A stretch of DNA of 63,979 nt, the filler included, from Cercozoa sp. M6MM (lineage: Eukaryota > Protista > Endomyxa: Ascetosporea): NCBI GenBank assembly GCA_040357565.1. It is 14 parts of 14 records of this genome, joined end to end, with 100 filler letters (N's around TTAATTAATTAA, not from the genome) between each part and the next. Parts side by side here need not be neighbours in the genome. Positions count along the whole stretch, not along the records: positions 40,274 to 46,484 come from JBDODJ010000769.1; positions 46,585 to 48,540 come from JBDODJ010001876.1; positions 48,641 to 54,461 come from JBDODJ010000843.1; positions 54,562 to 59,369 come from JBDODJ010001047.1; 10 more parts are not named here. One strand, written 5' to 3'. Positions 44,501 to 56,627 of the stretch are shown piece after piece. The notes beneath the pieces are model-generated. The model did no database searches and was not told where the DNA came from. It was given only the letters and a program-made list of their open reading frames with translations. Every line of letters begins with the position of its first letter. The first letter of the stretch is position 1. Both the position numbers and the translations under genes were made by a program.

Positions 44501-46367
44501 CCTGCACAACTTTCAAGTCAAACTGACAGTTCCAGTTGCTGTCGAATCAAACCTTGGTGCGCTTTATGTCGTTTAGAATTGGTTGCCACTCGATCCGATC
44601 GCTGTCTGCTCCGTCTCTACATTATCAAACACTCTCTTTGCCGAGTCCACAAAGCTATGCGGCCAGGGATACCGCGTATCGAACGGAGTCGAGCCCAACA
44701 GAGTCAGCTTTTCTTTGGCTGCAAGCAGGCGTTAGAATTAGAGTGCGAGTTCCAATTGTTCCATTGTGTTCATAAAAATAGAAAATTCAGGTACGATCGG
44801 TTTGTTTTGCGTTGTACTCGGCCATGTGCTCCTCGAAGCTGTACCAGATGTCTTGCGAGTATGCGTCACCGCTCCAGATCACGTAAAAGCTCATCCAGCG
44901 GAATCGCAGCATCGCAGCCAACAGAGCTCGCGCTTGCCATGAGTTGCTTCCGATCTGAACAAGCTTTTTCGAGCAAGACAGGAAGATTTCAAATGCAAAA
45001 GCTGCCGCTTTACCACACGCGAGAAAGTCGGGTACTCGGAGCGATCACTTAGCGCAGTCGAAGTTGCACTCGGCGAGATTAACGGGGTCTTTGAAAAGTG
45101 CACAGCATCTAACTTAAATAGAGAACACGCCACCGCCACCAGGAGAGCACACCTTGTATTGAGCTGAAAGCGTGGCAGCACGAATGCTCATACCCGACCA
45201 CATTGAGCCGCTGCAGTATGTCAAAATCGGGGAAAATCAAGAAAGGCATCTGTGCGGTTGAGGGAGAAGCACGAACATACATAATAACATGGGACTGCAC
45301 GACCTCTTCGGTGGAATTAGCCTCGCGCACGTCGATGCCGTTCGCACTGATTCCGACAGAACACACGGTTGGTGTTTTATTCTCAAAGGTCCAAAATTGA
45401 ACAACATACATGAGTGAATCGAAAGTGACTTCGTCGCTGTTGTAGGCAGCATACGAAGACACCTCCAGTTGGAAGTTGTACTGCGTCAACAGTGGCTTGC
45501 CATTCGGTCCCATCACGCGACCTGCAAACCTCAACTAAGTTTAACTGAGCTAAACTTACAAAGTGTCAAAACCTAAACTAAATTTACCATTGTTGATATC
45601 CTCAATCATAGCGAGGGCACCACGTCGTGGCTGCCATCCCATGGCAGATTGCGGGTGCAGGATCGACAAATGGAATGACGGCACACCCTGCAATGTTTAT
45701 TTTTGTGTTCGAATTGTAAAACACTGACACCGTTTACAGCGCAAAGAAAAAGAAACCGAAGTCGGTAACTCGCCCGGCAGGTAGCCACGCGGCCACTCCA
45801 TCTAAGAATGCGCACCATACACAAAATCAAACAGCCTCGGGCCAGAAACAGGGCTACCGACGGATCGGTGGGCGGCTTGAACCACTCGAAGCGACCGTCG
45901 CTGCCGACTTGTCCCAGTTCCGTAAACGTGCCATTGCGCGCTGCCACCAGACCCCTGCACAGGTGTTTCACCTGACACCTTGCCCTTTAACCGATTGTCC
46001 CTACTCCTCCCTTACCATCCGCCTTGACGTTGGCCGTCCGACATGGTCACACTGCCACTCACACCGACAAAGGACGTGTCTGCCAGCAGTGCATTCAAGA
46101 CGCGTCTTTCGCTCTGTCCATACACATGCTCGGGAACAATAAAAGAGGGGACAGCGATACCTCCTGTGTGCCGGTCAGCATGTTACTGCAGTGCTGCGAT
46201 GAACCTACACAGTACAGACAAGATGATACATACTCCAGTACCACAGGTACGGTACGGACATGTCTGTACAGTACCACTGTCTGCTGTGCAGTTTGTGCGC
46301 AATTCCATCAAGTTGCCCACAGCGATTGCTGTGGCGCGCGCTGCGTCGCTTGCGTAGGCTTGCCAAC
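41592..46367 (-). CDS. Class C (GABA-B-like, 7tm_3) GPCR with tandem Venus-flytrap ectodomains, 5'-truncated
   Basis: 7TM motifs KRIIRMSSPTVNN, CAMRVWLP|AIAFSVMYASMFAKIMRV, DLVLLTAWQ, AYSTRHVEIPALNDSR, IVFVPKL. VFT motifs AMIEDINN, PLISPSATSTALSDRSEYPTFSR, DAVHA|AALAL, FEGRSGTVKIDGNAER. Confidence 0.92.
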
Positions 46368-46432
46368 TGCTCAGTCAGGCTGTCTAGATTTGCTCCCCCT
46401 CCCCCGTTTTCACACAAACACAAACACAAACA

Positions 46433-46484
<52 letters not shown>

Positions 46485-46584
46485 NNNNNNNNNNNNNNNN
46501 NNNNNNNNNNNNNNNNNNNNNNNNNNNNTTAATTAATTAANNNNNNNNNNNNNNNNNNNNNNNNNNNNNNNNNNNNNNNNNNNN

Positions 46585-46658
<74 letters not shown>

Positions 46659-47177
46659 CTATATCGACACCCCTCATTCTGACATGCACAGCCTGTGGCA
46701 CGCTTCGGTGAAAACGGCGACGACGTAAACGGCGCACTCAACTTTGGCGTCGCTGCCGTGCTCGCACTGCCGACTCTGGCGGTCCTGCTGCGCTAACGGT
46801 CACACAAACACACAGGCACCCCCTACTCTCTCGCTATCTCCTGGGAAGCTCTCGTCCGCCAGTACAGTTCGTTCTGGGCGTGAGTTGCAGCAACACCCGG
46901 AGACAAGAAGACCACTACTGTTTCTCTAGTTCCATCATCTCCTCCACTTCGCTGACTAAAGTGTCGCAGCTTTGTCCTGTCTTGTGCATTGATGACTTAT
47001 TTGACCAACTGCCATTCATCACGCTACACTGTGTATTGCCCAGTGTCTATACAAACTGAACTGCACAGTTGCATTGCGCAGACAGTACTTAACACTACTG
47101 CATCAGTTCTAAATTTTTCTGGATGTACATGTACAGAAAGCACTAGGCCAGTCACGTGCAGTGCCATGATGCATTCA

Positions 47178-48470
47178 TTAGTCGCGGCGGTAGGTGCGTC
47201 GTCGCTGCGTGCGCCGTGCGAAGATGTCGTCCTCGAGAGGCAGCGGCTGCGCCGGGCGTCCCAGTCCGTCGTCGGAGGAGTCGCTGTCGTCGCTGTCGAT
47301 GGCCACGGTGGCTCCGCGCGGACGCACCGTTCGTTCCTGTCCATTCACACAGACATGTACACACACACAGACACAGACATGTACACACACATAGGCATGC
47401 ACACACACACACACACACATGCAGACATACACACAGACAGACGGTACACAGTACAGGTCCGTGTAAATGTAGAGGCAGGAGGTACCGTGCGCACGACGCG
47501 ACGCTGCACGCGGTCGTAGACGGATTCTGGCACAGCAGGCGGTGGGATGTCTGTGGAGGTAGGGTGGTAGATAGGTAGATGGATAGAAAGAAGATAGATA
47601 CATAGATAGGTAGATGGGTAGATAGATAGATAGACAAATAGATAAAGAGAGACATATAGACAGGTAGATAGATAGACAGGTAGATAGATAGACAGGGACA
47701 GATAGATAGATAAGGTAGGTAGATAAGATAGATAGATAGATAGACAGATAGATAGATAGATAGACAGATAGATAGATAGATAGACAGATAGATAGATAGA
47801 CATATAGATGACATATAGACATATAGATAGACATAGAGATAAACATAGAGATAGACAGATAGAAAGATAGAGAGATAGATGATGGATAGGCAGGTAGGTG
47901 GACAGGTAGGCAGGTAGGGTAGACACTGGGTGTACCAGGCAAGGGCGGCGGCGACATGTCGGGCGCAGGCGGCGGCGGCGGCGACGGTTGAATCACGCGC
48001 ACCTGCACCGGCGACTTTGGCGTCAGCGGCCTCGTCTTCTTCGTCTTGCTGCTGTTGTTTTTCTTGTTGTTTTTCTTGCGCGGCAACTTTGGGGCGCACG
48101 GATCAACGGACAACTCAGCGGACGGATCAGCGGACGGATCAGCGGACGGGTCAGCGGACGGAGTCGTCGCCAGTTTCCGTGCGATCTTGGCATCACGTCT
48201 GCGCTGCTTTTCCTCCCTCTGCACAGCGGCACAGATGTACAGTACAGGTGTACAGTACAGTACGGATATACAGGTGTACAGTACAGATATACAGTACAGG
48301 TGTACAGTACAGGTGTACAGTACAGGTGTACAGTACAGGTATACAGTACAGGTGTACAGTACAGATGTACAGGTGGCTGGTACCAACAGAACCTCGCGTG
48401 CAGCACGATCCATGGCGGCAGGGTCGCTCTTCGACAACTCGCCGTCCAGCACTGCTCCAGCACAAACAAA
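47178..48470 (-). CDS. Hypothetical Pro/Lys/Asp-rich protein, 3' part
   Basis: Exons GAVLDGELSKSDP...|REEKQRRRDAKIARKL..(PSAD)3..PPPPP|DIPPPAVP..|ERTVRP...RRD*, separated by repeat-filled introns. Confidence 0.5.
   Translation of the reverse strand, partial: FVCAGAVLDGELSKSDPAAMDRAAREVLLVPATCTSVLYTCTVYLYCTPVLYTCTVHLYCISVLYTCISVLYCTPVLYICAAVQREEKQRRRDAKIARKLATTPSADPSADPSADPSAELSVDPCAPKLPRKKNNKKNNSSKTKKTRPLTPKSPVQVRVIQPSPPPPPAPDMSPPPLPGTPSVYPTCLPVHLPAYPSSISLSFYLSISMFISMSIYMSICHLYVYLSICLSIYLSVYLSIYLSIYLSILSTYLIYLSVPVYLSTCLSIYLSICLSLSICLSIYLPIYLSMYLSSFYPSTYLPPYLHRHPTACCARIRLRPRAASRRAHGTSCLYIYTDLYCVPSVCVYVCMCVCVCVHAYVCVHVCVCVCVHVCVNGQERTVRPRGATVAIDSDDSDSSDDGLGRPAQPLPLEDDIFARRTQRRRTYRRD
47560..47925. 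repeat. Degenerate (GATA/GACA)n intronic array
   Basis: Directly visible. A separate (GTACA/GGTGTACA)n array lies at 48232-48372. Confidence 0.9.
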
Positions 48471-48479
48471 CTCGTTCAC

Positions 48480-48540
<61 letters not shown>

Positions 48541-48739
48541 NNNNNNNNNNNNNNNNNNNNNNNNNNNNNNNNNNNNNNNNNNNNTTAATTAATTAANNNN
48601 NNNNNNNNNNNNNNNNNNNNNNNNNNNNNNNNNNNNNNNNTGCGCAGTGACTCCACAGCCAAGTGCATTTCTGACTGTGTATCAATTTAATTTGTCGTTT
48701 GGGGGAAAAAGACCGAAAAAGACCGAAGATTCTCCTTTC

Positions 48740-49510
48740 GGAAGAGAGAGTAGGCGGAAGTGATAAGGTTTTTACTGAACCCGTAGCTTCTCCGGAAGCT
48801 GTATTGTGCAATACCGTTATTGCCAATGCGCTAATGAGTACGTCCACGTTAGCTCCAAATCCAGGTAAAGTCACTGAAGTGAGTTTCATAATACGGTGTA
48901 CTAGTTGTCCACTAGTATAGGTGATGTCCCAACGTCAGCCTGCCCTCTTAGCACACTACGCAATGCGCCTGGCGTCGTTGAAGTCAATTGCTCGACGCCT
49001 GTGCTGACATCGCAAGGAGCTCAAACCCAACAATTCGTAGCTTTTGGTGGCATCTGCACGGTAAATCGATATCGCTTTATATTCACTGTTTTCCGTCAAT
49101 ACGTAAAAACTTAGATTTCATGCAACACGGAAAACAGCGCATTGACGCGACCTGTTTCTTCACACGAGTGCGCTCTCCAACGACGCTTCGTGCCCGCACC
49201 TCCAATGCAATGTGTGGCCGCCGCTGATACAAGCAGCTCAAACAATCGGCTGGGAAGCTACGGGTGGATGGTTATAATCCTTATAATTATTTCGGTGGCT
49301 GCTCTTCTTCTCGCGTTGGCGTGGCGCTACAAACAAAAGAAAAAGGCCGAAGCAGAGCTTGCACGGGCACTGGACGAAGCAAATGAAGCGAAACTGAAAC
49401 TGCCCGTTCACCCCAGCAAATCGAGTGACCTCGGACACTCTATCAGTACTAGTGCGGGCAGTCACCAAGCTGCGAAGTCGTCGTCCCGCTCCAACCAGAG
49501 ATTATCGTGA
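48740..49510 (+). CDS. Single-pass type I membrane protein with Cys-containing ectodomain, 3' part
   Basis: Cys-spaced exons, then GWMVIILIIISVAALLLALAW (TM), RYKQKKK and a Ser-rich tail ending in TGA at 49508-49510. Confidence 0.65.
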
Positions 49511-49529
49511 AGTGCCAGTGCTGTCATCT

Positions 49530-49590
49530 CTCCTGCATATTGATCCTGCATATTGATCCTGAATTGATCCTGCATATTTATCCTGTATGC
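49530..49590. repeat. ~13-bp tandem repeat (TCCTGCATATTGA) x ~4
   Basis: Directly visible just after the stop codon of the preceding gene. Confidence 0.8.
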
Positions 49591-49928
49591 ACCCACTGCA
49601 CCGGCCTAGTAATAATTAGTTTAGCCAACCCTGAGAACCTAGCAACACTCACACCAAGGCACCAAGATCTCCTGGGACGAGGAAGCAACAATCGAAGGAC
49701 AACCAGCCTTACAGCAGGCACTGGAACCGAGAGGTCCCCGACATAGACTAAGTTTACGCCACCACTCATAGCAGTGGTGGCACTATGTATATGTCCGTTT
49801 GTTTGTTTGTTTAGTTATCGAGTGGAGGGACGGGAGGACGACGACGGGACGACCCGACGCCGCCTGCGACGCCCCTCTACTTGCAGCCCGCTACCTGCTG
49901 CAGCAACCATGAAGTCGACTTCGTTGTC

Positions 49929-50118
49929 TGGGGAACGGGAAAAGGGGAGTGTATGACCCTACCCGAAACGGGCTGGGGAACTTCAAAAGGGGAGTAGTAT
50001 GGCCCTACCCTAAGCGGGCGGTAGACACGGCCATGCTCTTGTGACCCACCCCAGACTGGTGCACGGGAACTACTTAGTTGGTTTCCTACGCTAGAAGACT
50101 CAACTAACTAACTAATAA
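49929..50118 (+). repeat. Dispersed short repeat element, copy C, with internal ~46-bp tandem duplication and (AACT)n tail
   Basis: tggggaac..aaaaggggagt..gtatg.ccctaccc.aa.cgggc occurs twice; core aligns with copies A and B; ends caactaactaactaa. Confidence 0.75.
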
Positions 50119-50374
50119 GTAGTTGAGCTGAGTCAGCAAGGAGCCAACTACATACTCGCGTCGCACTGTTCCCCGAACCAGTCTGTGGTGGTCACCTGGT
50201 ATAAATTACGTCAATCATTGACGCGAACTAACGAATTGACCAAGCGAAGCGACCGGGCGCAAGACACGACGTTGTCATATCACGCATGGCATCTGTGTGT
50301 CCGGAGGCGTGTGGTCACCGCAGCCACAAACCCGATGACGCGGCACGAGCGTGTACTTGGCTCGACAAGCCGCT

Positions 50375-52526
50375 CTACAAAAGGACCGACAACGTCATTT
50401 CAGCTTCGCGATCAACACCACGGTACTTGTCTATGGCATGCATGCTCCATACTTGACACGCACGCGAACTAAAGCACGACCATACCGAGAATGTCGCCAA
50501 CGGCACCAATCTCGAGCTCGCGCTGACGCTGCCATTCAAGGAACTCGGGCGTCTGCACGAATTCGCAGCTGCACGCAAACACCATCGCACTAAACCAACA
50601 TCTTAAACCTATGCGATGGGATACCGCAAATTGGATTCGATGAGGCTTCCTGCTGTTTCTCGAGCGTTTAACATCTGCTCAATGCACAAATTTCGAGTTC
50701 AAACTCAGCGGACGACAAATAATACAAGTTAAATAAACCACAGACCAAGGCAACGTATTCTTCGCTCACGTCAGAATCGCCATCGTGGTTTTTCATCTCC
50801 TCGTTTTCAAACACCATCTGTGGAAAAACGTTTGCAGAGGAGTAAAAAACATGCCCACTGCAGGTAGAGATACCCGTAGTTGAGAGCGCAGCTGACCACT
50901 GATGTTTAGAGCGTATTCGCCATCCTGAACAAGATACAATTTGTGTTTCCGCCATAAAACCGATTATTTGAGAGTGACTCTACCTCGTTGACGTACAGAG
51001 CATGCAATCTCACGACGTCTTTCCATTTCATGCTACGTAAACATGTCCACATAGATTTTTTAGCAGGAGGCAACTGTGATACGGACAAATGTACAAGTAC
51101 CCCAAAACACTGACATAGAGAGGGTCAAAGCTGAGGCAGAAATGAAGATTCTCCGCCGAAAGTCGCGATTCCGCTACAAGTTTAAATACGAGAACGAAAC
51201 GGCAGAGCAGAAAAAACTCGATACCGAACTTCATGAACTGGTCACGTGCATCAGCAACGGTCAAAAGTCGCTCTGTTGTCCATGTGCGCATAGTCATGGC
51301 GACGCTTGACACCGAACTACACAGATACATAGCATACGACCAATTGAACCACAACAACTATGGTATGCGCGGTTTACCGCTGGTGCGTATGGGCAAATAG
51401 CCACACCAACGTCAAAAGAAAACTCAAGACGCCCATCGTCAGTCTGCAAGGATGTTTCGAGCATATAAGCGTCCCCAATAGTTCAGGATGTTCTGTGTAC
51501 GCGACAGCGGTCACAGCTTCTGTGTACGAACGAATATCCTCGCGCGCCTTGGCCGATGACAGGGCCTGTGACGCAACACTCATATATACAACAAACACGC
51601 GCCTTTTGAGGAGGCTGGGCACCGCGAGTTCCGACATCCCGAGAATAGCCGTACGTGCATCATGGTTCGCTTGCTGCAAACATACCAAGTTTTGTATGAC
51701 ACACATACACGCAAGCATGCACGCACATACACGAGGTCAGGGATAAATGAAAGCCACCAAGTACTCTGGATCAGAAACATTGGCTTGCAGAAAGTTCTGC
51801 CTGTTGTCTACAAACGGCAGAAACAGACAAATTAAACCGCCTGTTCATCACTCGCAAAAGGGAGTACCGAAGTCAAGACCAGCGTAAGTCAGCACGCGGA
51901 AATGCGTTGTGTTTGCACGCTCGATATTGCGCCACCTGGATCACCCAATGCATAAGCAGGCGTTTCCTGTGACAGAGAAATCAAAATTTACATGAGATCA
52001 ATGTCGATCTCGCCATTGAAACCATCCGCGTCAACTGCACAATATGTCATAAATTCTACCTCCGCACATTAGAGCAAGACACATGTGTACGAGCGTATTA
52101 CTCACAGCCTGCGTCACGTCGCGTAGGTCTCGCTCAAAGTTAGCAAAAATTTCGACGCCCTTGAGCGACTCCAGATAAACCCCAGTCTGCATGAACTGCT
52201 TCCAGTGCGTCGCGTTCGTCTCAACCTGCAAAAAGAAGTCAACTTGTAGACACAAACAAGAACATTTGGTACTGGATCGATTTGGAGACTCGACCAATCG
52301 ACGTGAATGTCAAGCATTTTGAATGCCTAGGCACAAGCAAAATAGTGAAGTTAGCTATATTACCCGTCTCACTGATGAACGTACTTCATCGATGTCGTAC
52401 ACCGGAATCGGCTGGGCCAGAGCGATGGCACCCTCAGCAAACTTGCCCCAAAGATACCACAGACGCGAACTGCCCACGGCGACGGCAGCCCACGTGTCAC
52501 GCACCTACCGCATACCACTGCATCCC

Positions 52527-52581
<55 letters not shown>

Positions 52582-54400
52582 CATCGTGTGAAAGGAAAGA
52601 ACTACATCATGGAGACGACTTTGCACGATAAACGAAGTGGACACCATAAAGATCGCCGCACCAAGCAGAATCGTCACTGAACAAGCAAACACGAACGAAT
52701 AAAGGCAGTCGGGCGGCCCGCAGAGAATTAAACTACGGAGGAAGACGACAGAAACGTTTACAAGTTGTCGCGCCACCTGCAATCGTCTGGCCTGTTCCAA
52801 AGCACACAGTATCAATGCAGTTAAAAACCCGGATATAAGCACCTCCAAATTGTACCAACGTCGAGCTGCTGCCACCAAGGAACTTCGAGGAGCTCTAAGC
52901 AAACGCCTCGTACAAAAGCATGACACGGTGGGAACAGCGGAAAGTACAACAGTGTCGGACATGTCCGAGGACGACTTGTCTGATGAGGAATGCGACCGTT
53001 CGTCCAAGTCGGCAGAGACATCTGCGCAGACGTATGAAGATTGAAACAAACAACGAACACAAAATTTAACAAACTGTACCGACGAATTTCCCTTCCTTGT
53101 CGACGAAATCGACTTCACCTTGACGCAACAAGATTTCGCTGGACACACGGTAATATGCAGATGTGTTTCCAACAACCATACTTAAAAAACAAAGTACAAT
53201 CGCTGTCTCGAAGTACGAAGTGCTTTGTTCAGCTGTTGGCGGATCTGTCAATGCAGTGCACCGTAGAGTTGTCACACAGAGTTGTCACACAAAGACACAG
53301 CGAACAACAAATCCAATTCGTTGCTCACCTCCTGTGTTTGCGACCGACGTAGGTACGCAGCGACCACGAACAAAACCCAAAGGCATACAGTCTGTGGTTA
53401 ATATAATATACACTCCCTCGGTTACAACACAGATACATCACAAGGGGGAAGTTACACAGCAGGCAAGCACGATGTTGGTCCTGTTAACAGAAATGGCACC
53501 GTCGATTCCACTTCGCATATGACCTTGTGTTTCCTGCACCCATATCAATCAAGTAGACGAGTCGCATTTCACCGACAACGAATGAGCGCGGCAAAGGTAC
53601 ACCAAGGAGGTTTTCGAAAGTTTCCTCAACCATAGCTGCCTGGAAGTACATCGACCTAGCACATGCACATACGCACATACACAGCACACATGCATACGAA
53701 CATATTGCAGCACATTGAGTCGAAATTGAACGCCGCTCACCAGTAGAGTGACGAAGTTAACATCTCTGGAAGTGTTTGGTTTAGACCCACTGCGACAAGC
53801 AACACGATTAAGGGGTCACCTATACTTGTGACAGCAAAAACCTACGCTCGGGAACGGCAGTCTCTGGAAGCAACGATCCTTGCAACGCCTTTAACCTACC
53901 ACGAACAGCGATAAATTAAGTGATATGAGTGCTTGGGGAGACAATTTACACTTTGCCGACGCTGGACATAAGAGTAGGCCAAAGTGTCTTGCTTGGAGCC
54001 GACCTATCCATGATCAATCGAAGGATAACCCCCTACAAAGGCAACGTCGTGCTGACTGCAAACTTACACAGATGCACTAGCGTCAAGTCGCTGCTGTTCT
54101 GCGACATTGAGCTGCGTCATGAATTGGCTTAAATACGCAGAGCCACTTGCGTTTTTGCCGCTCGAAAACCATTGTGTGGCAGACTAAAACAAAAATATAG
54201 GGCGTGCTGATGAAACAGAGATCCACGGAAACTACAGTACAGCAGAAAGGTCGTAGATCGCTGCCGTGGACTTGGCAACGTTGTCAGTAAAGGTGAACTA
54301 CGCACACCAACATCTAGATTGATGTCGAAACTGTAGGCATACCTCGGGTTCAACGTCATCCCGCAAAGTGTCAGACACCTTTCGCAGCTAAAAAAATTTA
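50375..54400 (-). CDS. Multi-pass membrane protein with C-terminal RGS domain, 5'-truncated
   Basis: RGS motifs: ARDQFMKF|AESRLSAENLHFC, LYVNE|DGEYALNISGQLRSQL, ARETAGSLIESNL|RCEFVQTPEF. Hydrophobic segments near 53340-53480, 52640-52850 and 51390-51445. TAG at 50375. Confidence 0.8.
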
Positions 54401-54420
54401 CAATGAACTCGGGCTTTGAT

Positions 54421-54461
<41 letters not shown>

Positions 54462-54577
54462 NNNNNNNNNNNNNNNNNNNNNNNNNNNNNNNNNNNNNNN
54501 NNNNNTTAATTAATTAANNNNNNNNNNNNNNNNNNNNNNNNNNNNNNNNNNNNNNNNNNNNGTGTGTGTGTGTGTGT

Positions 54578-54633
<56 letters not shown>

Positions 54634-54634
54634 G

Positions 54635-55826
54635 GTGCCCACAGACTGAATGCGATGGGTTCCTATTACGGTACCACCGCACTCTGTGACGCCTTTTGTT
54701 GTTTTTAACCATTTCAGTGTCTCTGAGAGTAGGTGCCTTGGGTGCGCACCAGTTGTTGTGGTCGCTGTGCCGCGACACGAAGGATTCGCTGGCGGCACGC
54801 CTGGCTCTCGTGCCGCTTGTGCAGGTGCGTCTGTCTCTATCTGTAAAATACAAATACAGTCATCCTCGCCTGGTACTTATTTGGAATGCCTGGCAGGAAG
54901 CGAGAGGACTAGACGCAGGACCGCGATTCATCGATCAACTTCTGGGCAAAGGCGACGTTGTCTCTGCTGTACTCGCACTGTGTCCTGGCTTGTCGAGGAT
55001 GGGAAACCAAGGCACCTGTGTGTCTGCGTGCAGGCCGTGCTTGGAATGATCGTGCGAGAGGAGGAACGACACGTCTCCTCTGGTCCATGTTTCTCCTATC
55101 AGGGGGGGGGGGGGTGAAGGGGCTAAGAGGGGTAAAGAGGGTGAAGGGTAAGGGTACAGCAGCACCTGTTCAGGACTCAAGTGGTTTGGCCACCTGTGTG
55201 GCACCTCGGACGAGAGCGAACAGGCGCACGAGTTTCGTCGTCTCGTGCGAAAACACGTTCCCAGGGGACTCGTATGTCACATTTTCCTTCCTCCCTTCCT
55301 CCTTCCCTTTCTCTCTTTCCCTCTATGACCCTGACCCTGACCCTGACCCTGACCCTGACCCTGACCCTGACCCTGACCCTGACCCTGACCCTGACCCTGA
55401 CCCTCTACCTCCTAACCCTGGACAGTTCCCGCCATTCAACGTGGTTGCACGCGAACGTTGCGGACTGCGCGAGCACTGGTACCTGCCCCTGGTGCCCGAC
55501 GACATCGACGCCTCCAAGTCTCGCAACAGCGACCTCGACGCGCATGCGGTCCTCCCCATGCCCTTGCCTTTCTCGGTCAACACACATATCGATGTGACCC
55601 CACCCACTTTGTGCAGAGACTGGCGTCGGCACTCCAGTCGGCTGACAGCGAGACTGTGAGTTCACTTGACCTTCCCTTACTCCCTACCGCCACTCAGTAG
55701 TGAAAATTCAGTACTGTGATGTCTTGCACTGGACAGAAGAGGCTCGCGGCGCAGTACACGGACCTAGAGACGGCGGCACAGCGGCACGAGTCGCTGCACC
55801 TTGTGCTGTCGCGCCTGCTCGACTAG
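54635..55826 (+). CDS. DUF455 ferritin-like domain protein, 3' part
   Basis: HQLLW..TKDSLAARLALVPLVQ|EARGLDAGP..GDVVSA|AVLGMIVREEERHVSS|GLKWF..|FPPFNVVARERCG matches the DUF455 pattern. Confidence 0.88.
55326..55404 (+). repeat. (TGACCC)n telomere-variant hexamer array in an intron
   Basis: About 13 perfect copies, reading (TCAGGG)n on the other strand. Confidence 0.9.
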
Positions 55827-56586
55827 ACTCGTACGCGACAACTGTGCGAGATTGCCAATGCAAATCTTAGTGAAGACAATGACTAAAGAAAAGTCAGAAC
55901 GTAAGGTCGTTTAAATTAGTGTTCGTCCGACGTCTAAATAAACTGAAAGATATGGGAAGGAAGGTTACCCCAAGGTAGGGCCGTCCGTTGAGAGTAAAAA
56001 GGTGTGTTCGAAGAATTCAACTCTTACCTGCTCAAGATAGAGCAAGTCAGTTGCTTTGGTGTCAACAAGCACGGCGTCCTTTGAGGTACCTGATATCTGG
56101 AAAGGGGCTGTTTTCAATTCTTGAAGCAGTTTCAAGCTACTCGCCACTCTATTGTTAAGTTACCAGCTCTTAACCTTAGCGAAACACTTCACTTCTTTTG
56201 GCATGACTGAGATGTGCTTCCAAGCGGAGAAAGCAGCGACTGATGTTGACAACAACAACTGTACCACCATGTGCATGCTAGTTAGTCAGTTTGTTACGTT
56301 AGTTCAGTCTATTATGTTAGAGTCGGTAGACATGATCAATCAGTAGAAACGACGACGATCATGATCACCGTCACGATCACGACTGGGCAACCGTCGCGGC
56401 GGCAGGCGGAACGACGTCACGTCGAACGCACCGTCGCCGTCGTTGACGCTGTCTGACGGCACTGTGCGGGCGGGGGGGGGGGGGGGNNNNNNNNNNNNNN
56501 NNNNNNNNNNNNNNNNNNNNNNNNNNNNNNNNNNNNNNNNNNNNNNNNNNNNNNNNNNNNNNNNNNNNNNNNNNNNNNNNNNNNNN

Positions 56587-56625
<39 letters not shown>

Positions 56626-56627
56626 GA

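Noticed and set aside
49640-49785. Chromodomain-like remnant (KISWDEEATIEGQPALQ) and hairpin gccaccact/agtggtggc suggesting an LTR retrotransposon 3' end
   Set aside because: Too short, the frame is interrupted, and there is no clear polypurine tract or integrase motif.
41592-54400. GPCR and RGS genes as a G-protein signalling cluster
   Set aside because: They are separated by two artificial linkers (46529, 48585), so linkage is unsupported.
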